IMG/VR virus record: IMGVR_UViG_3300033512_000032
Coordinates: 1 to 58,368 of that record
Source of the DNA: a virus
Strand: one strand, 5' to 3'
Length of the DNA: 58,368 nucleotides
Position numbers and translations under genes: made by a program. Shown here in pieces: positions 50,056-58,368 of the stretch (positions are counted from its first letter, which is position 1; each line of letters begins with the position of its first letter). Under the pieces are notes generated by a model. It did no database searches. It saw only the letters and a program-made list of their open reading frames with translations, and had not been told where the DNA came from.

Positions 50056-53000
50056 CTATGCCTCCGGTCTCTCAACCATAAACTGCACACCCCACGCTAA
50101 TGGTTTAATGTTATTAGTTAATGCAGTTGAATAAAACTCAAACTTAAATTTATGGCATAAACCAATATAAGAATTATCACACATAAATTTTGTGAAGTCA
50201 TCTGTCAATTGAACTTTGTTAAATGGGACAATAACAGGGGTTGCCTCACCATCTTGGTAGTATGAAACCTTAACGAATGCGGCACTTAATGTAATAGATG
50301 TTCCTGCTGCGAAATCTACACCACGACCAGAGGCAAAAACCATCTTAGTAGCAGTTACTGATGAACATACAAATGGGCCAGGATTATCTACATTTGAAGT
50401 AACAACCATAAGTCCAGGTATGAAACCAGCTGCCACAAAATCACCAGCAACTGTTTCTATTTCCATTTCATAGTGAGAAATAGCTGTTCCAGTTATACTA
50501 ACCACACCGGCAACATCTTGCCACTTTGCACCGCCACCTAACGTTTGACTTTCAAGCAACTGTTTACAGACAAAATCTTCACCACTCCAATAAGAAGACG
50601 TGCACGCAGGATCTTCTATAAGTGTTCCATATATTCTTAAATCACCACTCTCTATTCCAGCACCATTAATTGAAATGTCAGATCTTGTGTAAATAATATC
50701 ATAGGTACCATCACCTTCAACTAGTAATTTTATATTGCGCAACAGCGTTGTATCAAATATACTCCCAGTTGGCGCCATATTATTTGTTACTATGTAACCT
50801 TCAATTGAATCTACACCATTCCATAAATTACCATTTTCTAAACGAACCATATAGCCTGTGTCAAGCAAGCCATAAAAGTAAATATTACCATAGTTATCGA
50901 CAACTCTAACTGTTGCTTGTGGCGTGGCTTGCGCTTTAGTACTTCTTTTTGACCATTTCTTATTTATAAGATCATATACAACCCATACATTACATGTTGT
51001 CTGAGTAGCACCACTTGGCAAACATACGTTCCATTCATAATAGTTAGGATCAAACCAAGCATGTGCCTTATCAAGAGCGTTAAAATTTACACAAGTATCA
51101 GTTTTAGTTTTATCAAAGTATAGACCTATGCCACTTAAAGGAACTAAAACTGCTGCATCAAATATTACTGGACCAACTGAACTAATCCACATAGCAATAT
51201 TACGTATAGCATCTTTACTTACTTCAAAAGCAACTTCAGCTGTACACAACGTTCTTGCCGCAGCTATGCCTAAGTTTTCTGAAATTTGGCTTACTTTAAA
51301 GTTATCTGGCGCGTCACCATCAAGTAGAAAAACTTCTGATTGCTTTAATAAAAGTTCTGAGTTATATAGACTTGCACCAAATCTATTAAAAACATTAACG
51401 GCTGCTACTAAGTCTGAACTACTCTTACCTGCATAGAGTCTTTTATTCTTATTACTGGAGTCTGCACCATTGAATGAGTCTGATGTATTAGTTACTCCAT
51501 AATCAATTGCGTGACCCTCTTTACTAATAATATCACCAGCTAAAAAGAGTCTATTTCTATACGTAAATGGGAATTTATAAGAACCCATAGTACTAACTGC
51601 TGGTATACCATAAATTGTATCTGGATGACAGCCATCAAGTATATCTGCTGAAATAATAGCAAGTGTGCCAGGGTCAGTAGCGGCATTATAGTCTGCCGCA
51701 TACCCAGAAGTATCCACTGCAATAGTAAATGTATCTGAATCTAGTACAGTTACTGTATATGAAACTCCGTTTAAAGCAGTCCAACCTGCTTGCGTTATGC
51801 CAGTACATTGAATTATATCACCAGTGCTCAAACCATGACTGGCCCATGAAACTACACAAACTGCTGCTTTTGATAAACCTTGGATTGGCCGTTTAGTGTG
51901 TGATGTCAAACCTGCACTCCATACTAACTTATAAGCAAATCCATAAGTACTGAATAAGTTAACCTTATGCTCTAATGCAACTACTGGTGGATCCCAATAC
52001 ATAGTACCATTTTGATTCATCGATACAGTAGCACCACTATTTAATGTACCATCATAGACAGTTCCAACAGTTGTCCAAGTAGTCCCGTTCCAATAATATA
52101 TTGTTATTGTGCTAGCAGTAGTATTTACTAAACCAGCGAGAAAAGCAAATTTAACTGCTGTCATACGATCTTCAAACATTAATATGGCATGGTCTGATGA
52201 AGACAATCCAGCAAAGCGCGCTACAATAGGAGACTGTACCGAACTTCCTTCATATACTTCTCCTGTATAATCTTCATAGATTCCAGCCCTATTAACTTCA
52301 CACTGTATACAAACTCTATTAACGCCATCCCATAAATTAACTAACCCCTGCATAGGAGCATTAACCGTCAAATGATACAATGTGCAAGTTCCAGCAGATA
52401 ATGTGACTTTATACCAATAGAGAAGTTGATCATTAATAGAGGCAGGTTTAGAAGTAGTTACTGTGGAGGTAAATAATATCATTCCCGTTGCTTTATGTGT
52501 TATAGTAGCATCAGAAGTACCATCAGAAGTAACAGTGCATCCACTCCAAGCTGTACCTTTCCATTCTTCAATTGTTAAAGTAGAAGCAGTAGCATTGACA
52601 ACTGAAATATAAGGTTTAAAACCACATAGTGGTCTAGTAGAACCAACTAAATAAACATTTGTTGCTGCTACAAAAGCAACTACATTTCCGGTTGAAGATA
52701 AAGTATTTCGTAACTTATCTGTATAATCTATTGGGTTTGCAGGGGTTAAACCCGTTACTGATGTCGCTAATATAAAGGAACCTACAGCTGATTCTTCACC
52801 ACCATAAATAAGAGTCTCAACTGTATTACAATACACCATATCATTATTTGGTGCTTCTGTAAAGAAACCATATGATGATCCTGCTGCGTCAGCCCGTGTG
52901 GTAGTTTCAAAATCACCAACTGCAGGAGGCACACCTTTATGAGTGTAGAGTACACTAGCAGTTAATCCTGCATTCCATTGCTGTGTAAAGATATAAGATT

Positions 53001-53265
53001 TCTGAGTATTAGGTGTACGCAACTGAAACCCGTTTCTACCACATGGGTAACTAGTTAGTGCAGTAGTTGCATTAATTTTTGTGTAACCATTACAACCAAT
53101 TATACCTGTACGTGTGTAGCGAATATTTTGCACATCAGAATAGTTCCCATTGCCGATCTTTAATGGGTGCAAATCAGGAAGCCACTCACCAGTAAAGTCA
53201 AACTGGAGTCGCTTAAATTGTTCATCCTGAGCAAATTCTTGAGGTGCCTGCAATTGCTGCATCAT
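50056..53265 (-). CDS. Large tail structural protein (1,069 aa)
   Basis: Long beta-rich ORF between the small adaptor-like genes and the fibre genes. The exact role (nozzle or tubular-B-like) is only a positional guess. Confidence 0.55.
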   Translation of the reverse strand: MMQQLQAPQEFAQDEQFKRLQFDFTGEWLPDLHPLKIGNGNYSDVQNIRYTRTGIIGCNGYTKINATTALTSYPCGRNGFQLRTPNTQKSYIFTQQWNAGLTASVLYTHKGVPPAVGDFETTTRADAAGSSYGFFTEAPNNDMVYCNTVETLIYGGEESAVGSFILATSVTGLTPANPIDYTDKLRNTLSSTGNVVAFVAATNVYLVGSTRPLCGFKPYISVVNATASTLTIEEWKGTAWSGCTVTSDGTSDATITHKATGMILFTSTVTTSKPASINDQLLYWYKVTLSAGTCTLYHLTVNAPMQGLVNLWDGVNRVCIQCEVNRAGIYEDYTGEVYEGSSVQSPIVARFAGLSSSDHAILMFEDRMTAVKFAFLAGLVNTTASTITIYYWNGTTWTTVGTVYDGTLNSGATVSMNQNGTMYWDPPVVALEHKVNLFSTYGFAYKLVWSAGLTSHTKRPIQGLSKAAVCVVSWASHGLSTGDIIQCTGITQAGWTALNGVSYTVTVLDSDTFTIAVDTSGYAADYNAATDPGTLAIISADILDGCHPDTIYGIPAVSTMGSYKFPFTYRNRLFLAGDIISKEGHAIDYGVTNTSDSFNGADSSNKNKRLYAGKSSSDLVAAVNVFNRFGASLYNSELLLKQSEVFLLDGDAPDNFKVSQISENLGIAAARTLCTAEVAFEVSKDAIRNIAMWISSVGPVIFDAAVLVPLSGIGLYFDKTKTDTCVNFNALDKAHAWFDPNYYEWNVCLPSGATQTTCNVWVVYDLINKKWSKRSTKAQATPQATVRVVDNYGNIYFYGLLDTGYMVRLENGNLWNGVDSIEGYIVTNNMAPTGSIFDTTLLRNIKLLVEGDGTYDIIYTRSDISINGAGIESGDLRIYGTLIEDPACTSSYWSGEDFVCKQLLESQTLGGGAKWQDVAGVVSITGTAISHYEMEIETVAGDFVAAGFIPGLMVVTSNVDNPGPFVCSSVTATKMVFASGRGVDFAAGTSITLSAAFVKVSYYQDGEATPVIVPFNKVQLTDDFTKFMCDNSYIGLCHKFKFEFYSTALTNNIKPLAWGVQFMVERPEA

Positions 53266-53882
53266 CTTTGTGGGCCCACTAGTTTCAGTATATATTGATT
53301 TTGTGGAGGAGGTTGCACTATATTTTCTTGTGTAACCTCACCTTTATCTAAATTTAAAGCTTGCAAGTATAATTGATATAATTGCCCTGCTCTTGCATAT
53401 TGTTTTTCTTTCAATAACCCCATAAATGTAACGAATAATACTGCAGGGGTTTTAAACTTAGTTGGTATATTTGTGATGTCTTCAGTTACCTTTGAATAAT
53501 AAACTGTAGCGATTGTTGCATTTTCAGTTACTGTGGGTACTGGGAAAAATCCGATCTTATCTGTTATATCAAAAAAATATTCAGGCGGACCAGTTGCAAC
53601 TGCAGTCTGTAATCCTTCCATTTGAGGCGTAGCTTGCTTTAAACCTTTACTACCATATATTACACCAATAAGTTTTAAATAATCAGTGGCTACTGTATAC
53701 ATCTGAGTAGTAGCAGTAAGTGTTAAAGGTGTAGAAACTTCATAACAATAAGTCTTTGTCGATATATCAACTGCCGCATCATCAACCCAACTTTCTAACT
53801 GAGTGTTCAACCAGAACCCCTCAACTATTTCATTAAGCAAAATGCGCGCCCTATCTCTTATCATTGACTTTGTCAGTCCCAT
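53262..53882 (-). CDS. Putative head-tail adaptor or tail tube protein (206 aa)
   Basis: ORF that is ATGA-coupled to the 1,069-aa gene. The call is positional. Confidence 0.45.
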   Translation of the reverse strand: MGLTKSMIRDRARILLNEIVEGFWLNTQLESWVDDAAVDISTKTYCYEVSTPLTLTATTQMYTVATDYLKLIGVIYGSKGLKQATPQMEGLQTAVATGPPEYFFDITDKIGFFPVPTVTENATIATVYYSKVTEDITNIPTKFKTPAVLFVTFMGLLKEKQYARAGQLYQLYLQALNLDKGEVTQENIVQPPPQNQYILKLVGPQR

Positions 53883-53886
53883 GTTA

Positions 53887-54534
53887 TTATCCTATAACTG
53901 AAAATGGCGCAGACTGCGTACGAATAGATACTTTAGCTTTGCCAGTAAACTTTTTACCTTTAGCCTCACTTAACGTGCCATCATATAATGTATTGTAGTA
54001 TTCAGAACCCTCAATACTTGACCAAGACTTACCGGGGATTCTTAGTAAATATGATACTGCACCATTAACAATTGTTTCATACCAATCATCAACAATGAAA
54101 TCTGGTATGGTACTAGTGCTTGCAGTAGGTTTTAAAGTAACCCAAACCACTAATCCACCAGTATAAGATGTGTCTGGTATTTCTTTAAAGCGTAAAACTT
54201 TTTCAGCGTCAACCATATAATTAATTGGTTGGTTTGAAGTATCAGTTTGCCAATTTTCTGGAGATCTATTTAATAAATCTAAAGAAGTTGGGCTAACAAA
54301 CTCACCATTAACTTCAACACGCTCAACTCCTACAATAGAGCAATTTGTAGGAGCCACTAGTGTATATGTACCAACTGCACTAACAATGTCAATAGCAGTT
54401 AATTGTCGAATGTAAAGTAAAGTCCTTGAGCAAAAATCACGTATTACTGATCGTACAGCAGAATCGATTTCAGTCTTACTCGCTCCAGGGACTCTTGTAG
54501 ACGTATCAGCTAAGAAACTAGATATGTTACCCAT
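53887..54534 (-). CDS. Putative head-tail connector protein (215 aa)
   Basis: ORF with a TGGAG RBS. The call is positional. Confidence 0.45.
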   Translation of the reverse strand: MGNISSFLADTSTRVPGASKTEIDSAVRSVIRDFCSRTLLYIRQLTAIDIVSAVGTYTLVAPTNCSIVGVERVEVNGEFVSPTSLDLLNRSPENWQTDTSNQPINYMVDAEKVLRFKEIPDTSYTGGLVVWVTLKPTASTSTIPDFIVDDWYETIVNGAVSYLLRIPGKSWSSIEGSEYYNTLYDGTLSEAKGKKFTGKAKVSIRTQSAPFSVIG

Positions 54535-54544
54535 GTTAACTCCA

Positions 54545-54576
54545 ATATAGGGGCATCATATTGACTGCCCCTATAT
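54545..54576 (-). promoter_or_regulatory. Intercistronic stem-loop (11-bp perfect stem) inside the late operon
   Basis: ATATAGGGGCA / TGCCCCTATAT with a 10-nt loop, between the head-proximal genes and the connector/tail genes. No U-tract lies downstream in the direction of transcription. Confidence 0.6.
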
Positions 54577-54590
54577 CAAAAAAGTTTTAA

Positions 54591-55580
54591 CTAAATTGCC
54601 AATAACACTGACCGCATACCTTCAGTGTCAGTAGTTGTTACAAACTGCCGTGGCAACCAAATGTATTGATCTTCATCTGCCGCACTCAGTGCTGTGACAT
54701 TGACAAACTGGCAATTATTATCAAAAATCATCGCACAAGATGATCCGCCAGTAAAGTCGAATGCTTTAGTCATGGCTGTGGCATAGTTTTCACTGAATGC
54801 CATAAAGCGGCAATTTTCAAATGTTGCCCAAGTGTACCCGCTCGTATTTTCAACTGAAAAGAAAAGAGGGTCTCCATCAGTTAAATTTACAAGGAAAGTA
54901 CAGTCTTTAAACGTCGTAAGTGTGCCAGCAGCAAGACTTACATTCGGTGAAGCCTCATCACGACCAATAGTGTCAGTACCAATAAAGCAACCTTCAAATG
55001 AACATTCAGAGCCGTTTATATCAAGGCCACAATAAGAAGCATGGCCGCCCTGTGCTGCAACCATTGGGCCACCAAAATGCATTCCTTTAAAAGCATTCCT
55101 GGCGCCATCAATTTTCCAACCGACGTAGTCAGCTGCCGCTGTTCCATGCATTGTGTAAAGATCCTGAAACAAATTGCCATAGCCAGAAACTGTCAGGAAT
55201 GGTGAAAAAGTTGTAGACATCCCAATACGGCATCTTTTGCTCATTGCCGGCCAGTCCTGAGTACCCTTAAAAATGCTCATATTATGAGCAATTACTGGGT
55301 CAGCCGCAAGTGAATGGTTCCCTGGTAAAATAATCAAAGAATCACCACGACCAGTCGTCATAGCGGTTTCTGCTGTTGCAAAAGAATCATACACTTTAGA
55401 AGAATCGGCGCCATTCGCAAGTAATGAAGAATAAAAAGCATCAGTTGTTTTATTAGCAACTAAGTACCTTTCTTCTCCAACCTCAGGGCCAACCATAGTG
55501 TTTATGACTTCTTGCATTTTCCAAAAAGCCCGTCTAGAATTGGCGTCAGCAACCTGGTTAAAATAAGAATTAAGTTTCAT
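54591..55580 (-). CDS. Parallel beta-helix-like protein (329 aa) in the head module
   Basis: Periodic motifs NLFQDLYT, NAFKGMHF, CSFEGCFI, TTFKDCTF, ATFENCRF and MIFDNNCQF, spaced about 25-35 aa apart, are typical of right-handed beta-helix coils. Confidence 0.45.
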   Translation of the reverse strand: MKLNSYFNQVADANSRRAFWKMQEVINTMVGPEVGEERYLVANKTTDAFYSSLLANGADSSKVYDSFATAETAMTTGRGDSLIILPGNHSLAADPVIAHNMSIFKGTQDWPAMSKRCRIGMSTTFSPFLTVSGYGNLFQDLYTMHGTAAADYVGWKIDGARNAFKGMHFGGPMVAAQGGHASYCGLDINGSECSFEGCFIGTDTIGRDEASPNVSLAAGTLTTFKDCTFLVNLTDGDPLFFSVENTSGYTWATFENCRFMAFSENYATAMTKAFDFTGGSSCAMIFDNNCQFVNVTALSAADEDQYIWLPRQFVTTTDTEGMRSVLLAI

Positions 55581-55623
55581 TTTGTCTCCTTCCTTGCCAT
55601 ATTATGGCCGTTTACTTTCGTTG

Positions 55624-56169
55624 TTAAACTTCATCTGCTGTATCAAGATACACAGCACCTTCGCCATAACCATACGGAATGTCAACCAGATCAATGAACG
55701 TCATTGATACGCCAGTGGCACTGTCTTTTGTCGTACCAACAATAAACGGGTTGGTAGTATTCGCAACAGTCCAGATTGCCACCGGGCAAGTGTCGGCAGC
55801 AGGAGCCGGCAGGGACTTTAGAGCAAGTGCTGCAGTTGTAGCATCATCACCCTTAAGGCAATCCCATGTGGTCGTAGCATCAATGGTAATCAAGTAACAG
55901 CAGTAAGTTGCCGCAGCTTGAATAGCACCAGCAGTTCCAGCAGTTGCCGCCAAACCAGCAGTCGTGGCTGAAATATCAATTCTTTCAGATGCCTGAGAGT
56001 AAATGATATTGTTGATCGTGTATGTCGTAGTATTAGCCGGAGTTAAATCCTCATCATCAGTAGCTGCCGTACCAGTCATACCTGCTGCCGTAAGGCAGTG
56101 CGGACGGGCATGGATTTCACGAAGTGCCGCAGCAATGTCTTCATTCGGAATAGTGTCAAAAAGTCTCAT
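55624..56169 (-). CDS. Hypothetical Ala/Thr-rich head-associated protein (181 aa)
   Basis: ORF with an AGGAGGAAA RBS, two genes downstream of the major capsid gene. Confidence 0.6.
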   Translation of the reverse strand: MRLFDTIPNEDIAAALREIHARPHCLTAAGMTGTAATDDEDLTPANTTTYTINNIIYSQASERIDISATTAGLAATAGTAGAIQAAATYCCYLITIDATTTWDCLKGDDATTAALALKSLPAPAADTCPVAIWTVANTTNPFIVGTTKDSATGVSMTFIDLVDIPYGYGEGAVYLDTADEV

Positions 56170-56178
56170 TGTTTCCTC

Positions 56179-56595
56179 CTAAGATAAAATAGAAAAAGGA
56201 AACCGTCGAACTTGTCTCTCGAGCATCGGGCCAACAAATACTCCATTGGATTCTTCTCGATAGTATTTAGTTTCAACAGCATCCTCAAGTGCTTTTAATA
56301 TCGGCACGGGGATTACAACGGGTACATCCCGCGGAATCGAATACCCCATACCATTCGCCGACACAAACACTGGCTGATTACCAAGTGCACCTTCTTGATT
56401 ATGCATAATGATTCGCACCTTTTTTGCATTACGGATTTCTTCAGCAGAACCAAGCAACTGATTCAAAATGATAGCATCAATTTTATCCTCAGCGCCAAGT
56501 TCTTCAGATTCTTGCTCATACAAGATTTCAGGATTATCAGCCAATGGGTTAATGATCTCTCGATCTTGTTCCACTCTATTGTTAACTTTTGTCAT
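56179..56595 (-). CDS. Hypothetical head-associated protein (138 aa)
   Basis: ORF with a GGAGG RBS, directly downstream of the major capsid gene. Confidence 0.65.
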   Translation of the reverse strand: MTKVNNRVEQDREIINPLADNPEILYEQESEELGAEDKIDAIILNQLLGSAEEIRNAKKVRIIMHNQEGALGNQPVFVSANGMGYSIPRDVPVVIPVPILKALEDAVETKYYREESNGVFVGPMLERQVRRFPFSILS

Positions 56596-56621
56596 TATCT
56601 AGTCCTCCACAACTATGTTAT

Positions 56622-57632
56622 TTATTCGGGGTTAGCCGTTACTGCAACTTCAACACGAACCATCCAGGCATCATTCAGGATAACTGCTTTCTGCATGGAC
56701 TTCCAGGCGACATGCCCGCGCTGTGCCAGGGGATCACTATCACTCGGTTTCGGATTGACAACCATCGGGGTAATAGCATTGGCGCCTTTAAGCGGAACAA
56801 TAGCATAAGCGTTTTTAGCCAGGAATATGATCGGATATACATCAGACAACGTCCCAGTCGTTGACAGCATAGCCGTTCCGGAACCTGCATAAGCACCACC
56901 ACCGTCAGCCCACGGCTCAAAGATCGTTGAATAGATGTAGCGAACATCTTCAACTTTTCCGATTTCCGTTTCATACGGAGTCATACCAGAGCCGTAATTT
57001 TCAACGGGTACGAAACCAGGCATATTGCGAATATCAGACTCGCCATCAGAGTGACACAGTGCTACGTAAGACGGGGCAACAGACTGCGTGCCATAAGCCG
57101 GAGTCGATTTAACAACAGAGGTAATCTTCTTGCCCATCTGACGTTTCAGGTACCGCGTAACTTTGCGCTGCAACCCAAGAGTGATCGGAGTATTAATATC
57201 GGTACGCGCCGTGCCATTAGCACGATAAACATTAGTACCGGCTTTGATAACGCCGAACCGAGCGATTTCAACCATCTGACCAGCCTGTTCACCAAGAACC
57301 TCCTGTGCTTCACGGAAGACCGGATCTTCATGTGTGTCCATAATAACATCAGTAATAACAATACGATCACCAAGTTGCTCCAAAGTAACCGTAACATCAG
57401 TAGATGTTATCTGTTTGCCAGTAGGCGTAACACCTTCAACCAGCACATTCGGTGTTGCTGAAATAGCGTTGTAGCGGCGGAAAACCATAGTCTTTGAACT
57501 GTTAGCCGGCAGAGGTTTTGCTTGACCGAACTTTTCAATTACCAGAAAAGGTATTGCTCTCTCAAGAAATTCTTTTGCGGCGTATGCTGCCGTTCTCGGT
57601 GAAATATCACCATATGTCGTAATGATTGCCAT
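56622..57632 (-). CDS. Major capsid protein (HK97-fold; resembles the N4 gp56-type family)
   Basis: 336 aa with a very strong RBS (AGGAGGAAGTT), directly after the scaffold gene. The N-terminal pattern ...PRTAAYAAKEFLERAIPFLVIEKFGQAKPLPANSSKTMVFRRY... matches my memory of N4-gp56-type capsid proteins. Confidence 0.8.
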   Translation of the reverse strand: MAIITTYGDISPRTAAYAAKEFLERAIPFLVIEKFGQAKPLPANSSKTMVFRRYNAISATPNVLVEGVTPTGKQITSTDVTVTLEQLGDRIVITDVIMDTHEDPVFREAQEVLGEQAGQMVEIARFGVIKAGTNVYRANGTARTDINTPITLGLQRKVTRYLKRQMGKKITSVVKSTPAYGTQSVAPSYVALCHSDGESDIRNMPGFVPVENYGSGMTPYETEIGKVEDVRYIYSTIFEPWADGGGAYAGSGTAMLSTTGTLSDVYPIIFLAKNAYAIVPLKGANAITPMVVNPKPSDSDPLAQRGHVAWKSMQKAVILNDAWMVRVEVAVTANPE

Positions 57633-57646
57633 AACTTCCTCCTATT

Positions 57647-58368
57647 TTATTTTGTTGCTTCTACTGCTTCAGCAAATGCCCCATTAAAATCATCAGCATT
57701 TGGTTTGCCCTTAGGTATGGTGTATGACCCACCTTTGACTGCCGTCGCTGCGGTAATTTTTTCTTTAGAAGGCTTTGTGATAACAGTTTCAGTTTCAACT
57801 TTTGCCGGCTTGACTTTGCCGGTCTTTTCTTTAAATTCGTCTAGTAACTCAATTACCTGTTGAGTAGAACCACCAGCAATTATCTTTTTCTTTTCAACAG
57901 CTTTACTATATGGGAGACTATCAACGTACTCTTCAAGTTCTCCTTTTTCAAGGATTTCAGCCACGTCACTGTGTTTCGCAAGAATAGTACTATAATGATC
58001 TTTTGCTTTTGTTTCAGCGAATGATGAAACTTGCTGCTCAATCACTGGAACTTTTTCTGAGAACGGTTTGATTGCTTCATTAATAGCTTTTTTAATATAA
58101 GCATTAAGAGGTTTAATGAAGTCATCACCCATTTCTTTAATAAAACCCTGTATCAATGGGTCTTCAACATCAACTAAACTTTCCGTAGTTGCTGGTGCTT
58201 TAACCTCAATTGCATCGAGTTTCTCTTGCAGTTCTTTACTGCGTTTCTCAGACTTCGCAATTCGTCCTTCCCATGATCTGTTACGCTGTTGTTCTTTTTC
58301 CAATAATACTTTATAATCGATCTGCCCAACATTTTGCTCTACAAGAGGTTTCTCTGTTTCTACAGAAA
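57647..58368 (-). CDS. Scaffolding-like protein, 3' portion (wraps to 1..325 region)
   Basis: Charged, helical, coiled-coil-like sequence between the portal region and the capsid gene. No stop lies upstream before the window edge. It is in phase with the ATG at 325 after collapsing the overlap. Confidence 0.6.
   Translation of the reverse strand, partial: SVETEKPLVEQNVGQIDYKVLLEKEQQRNRSWEGRIAKSEKRSKELQEKLDAIEVKAPATTESLVDVEDPLIQGFIKEMGDDFIKPLNAYIKKAINEAIKPFSEKVPVIEQQVSSFAETKAKDHYSTILAKHSDVAEILEKGELEEYVDSLPYSKAVEKKKIIAGGSTQQVIELLDEFKEKTGKVKPAKVETETVITKPSKEKITAATAVKGGSYTIPKGKPNADDFNGAFAEAVEATK
58228..58368. repeat. Terminal overlap copy 2: identical to 1-141
   Basis: Same comparison as for copy 1. 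Unique genome length is therefore 58,227 bp. Confidence 0.95.

Noticed and set aside
1-58368. Lysogeny module, CRISPR array, diversity-generating retroelement, tRNAs
   Set aside because: I looked for integrase or recombinase motifs, CI/Cro-like pairs, spaced direct repeats, reverse-transcriptase YxDD motifs and tRNA cloverleaves, and saw none. The tail-fibre repeats are ordinary intragenic protein repeats.

Overview
The window is a complete, circularly closed phage genome assembly. Bases 1-141 are identical to 58228-58368, so the unique length is 58,227 bp, and one gene runs through the junction. Standard genetic code, roughly 40% G+C, and no integrase, repressor, tRNA, rRNA, CRISPR array or reverse transcriptase was seen, so it looks like a virulent podovirus-like phage.

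Genome layout:
- Plus-strand block, about 5.2-27.7 kb: early and middle genes. It holds many small unknown proteins, a nucleotide-metabolism operon, family A DNA polymerase, an AEP prim-pol, UvrD-like and SNF2 helicases, an HNH endonuclease and a VRR-NUC-like nuclease.
- Minus-strand block, from 4744 leftwards through the junction down to 27814: late genes in the order TerS-like, TerL, portal, scaffold, major capsid protein, tail and fibre genes, lysis cassette, internal virion proteins, and finally a 3,771-3,784 aa giant protein.
- The blocks diverge at a 600-bp non-coding region (4745-5342) and converge on a bidirectional terminator (27746-27780). This mirrors N4-like genome architecture, but I could not recognise any RNA polymerase.

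Observations most worth follow-up:
1. A thymidylate-synthase homolog carries the Asn177-to-Asp specificity switch. It sits in a translationally coupled operon of methyltransferase, MazG-like pyrophosphatase, dNMP kinase, ThyA-like enzyme, HD hydrolase and dCMP deaminase. This predicts C5-modified cytosine in the DNA.
2. The giant late ORF looks like a polyvalent ejected protein, with two tandem ADP-ribosyltransferase-like modules and a duplicated EPRGRF peptide. It is preceded by a Hint-domain protein and a GNAT-like gene inside the internal-virion-protein cluster.
3. A family of sigma70-type promoters carries phased CTTCG boxes.
4. A 23-bp exact repeat and GGAGTCTCAC hairpins occur in plus-strand intergenic regions.
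5. A 30-bp inverted repeat brackets the first early gene.

All functional calls come from reading motifs by eye. No database search was run.
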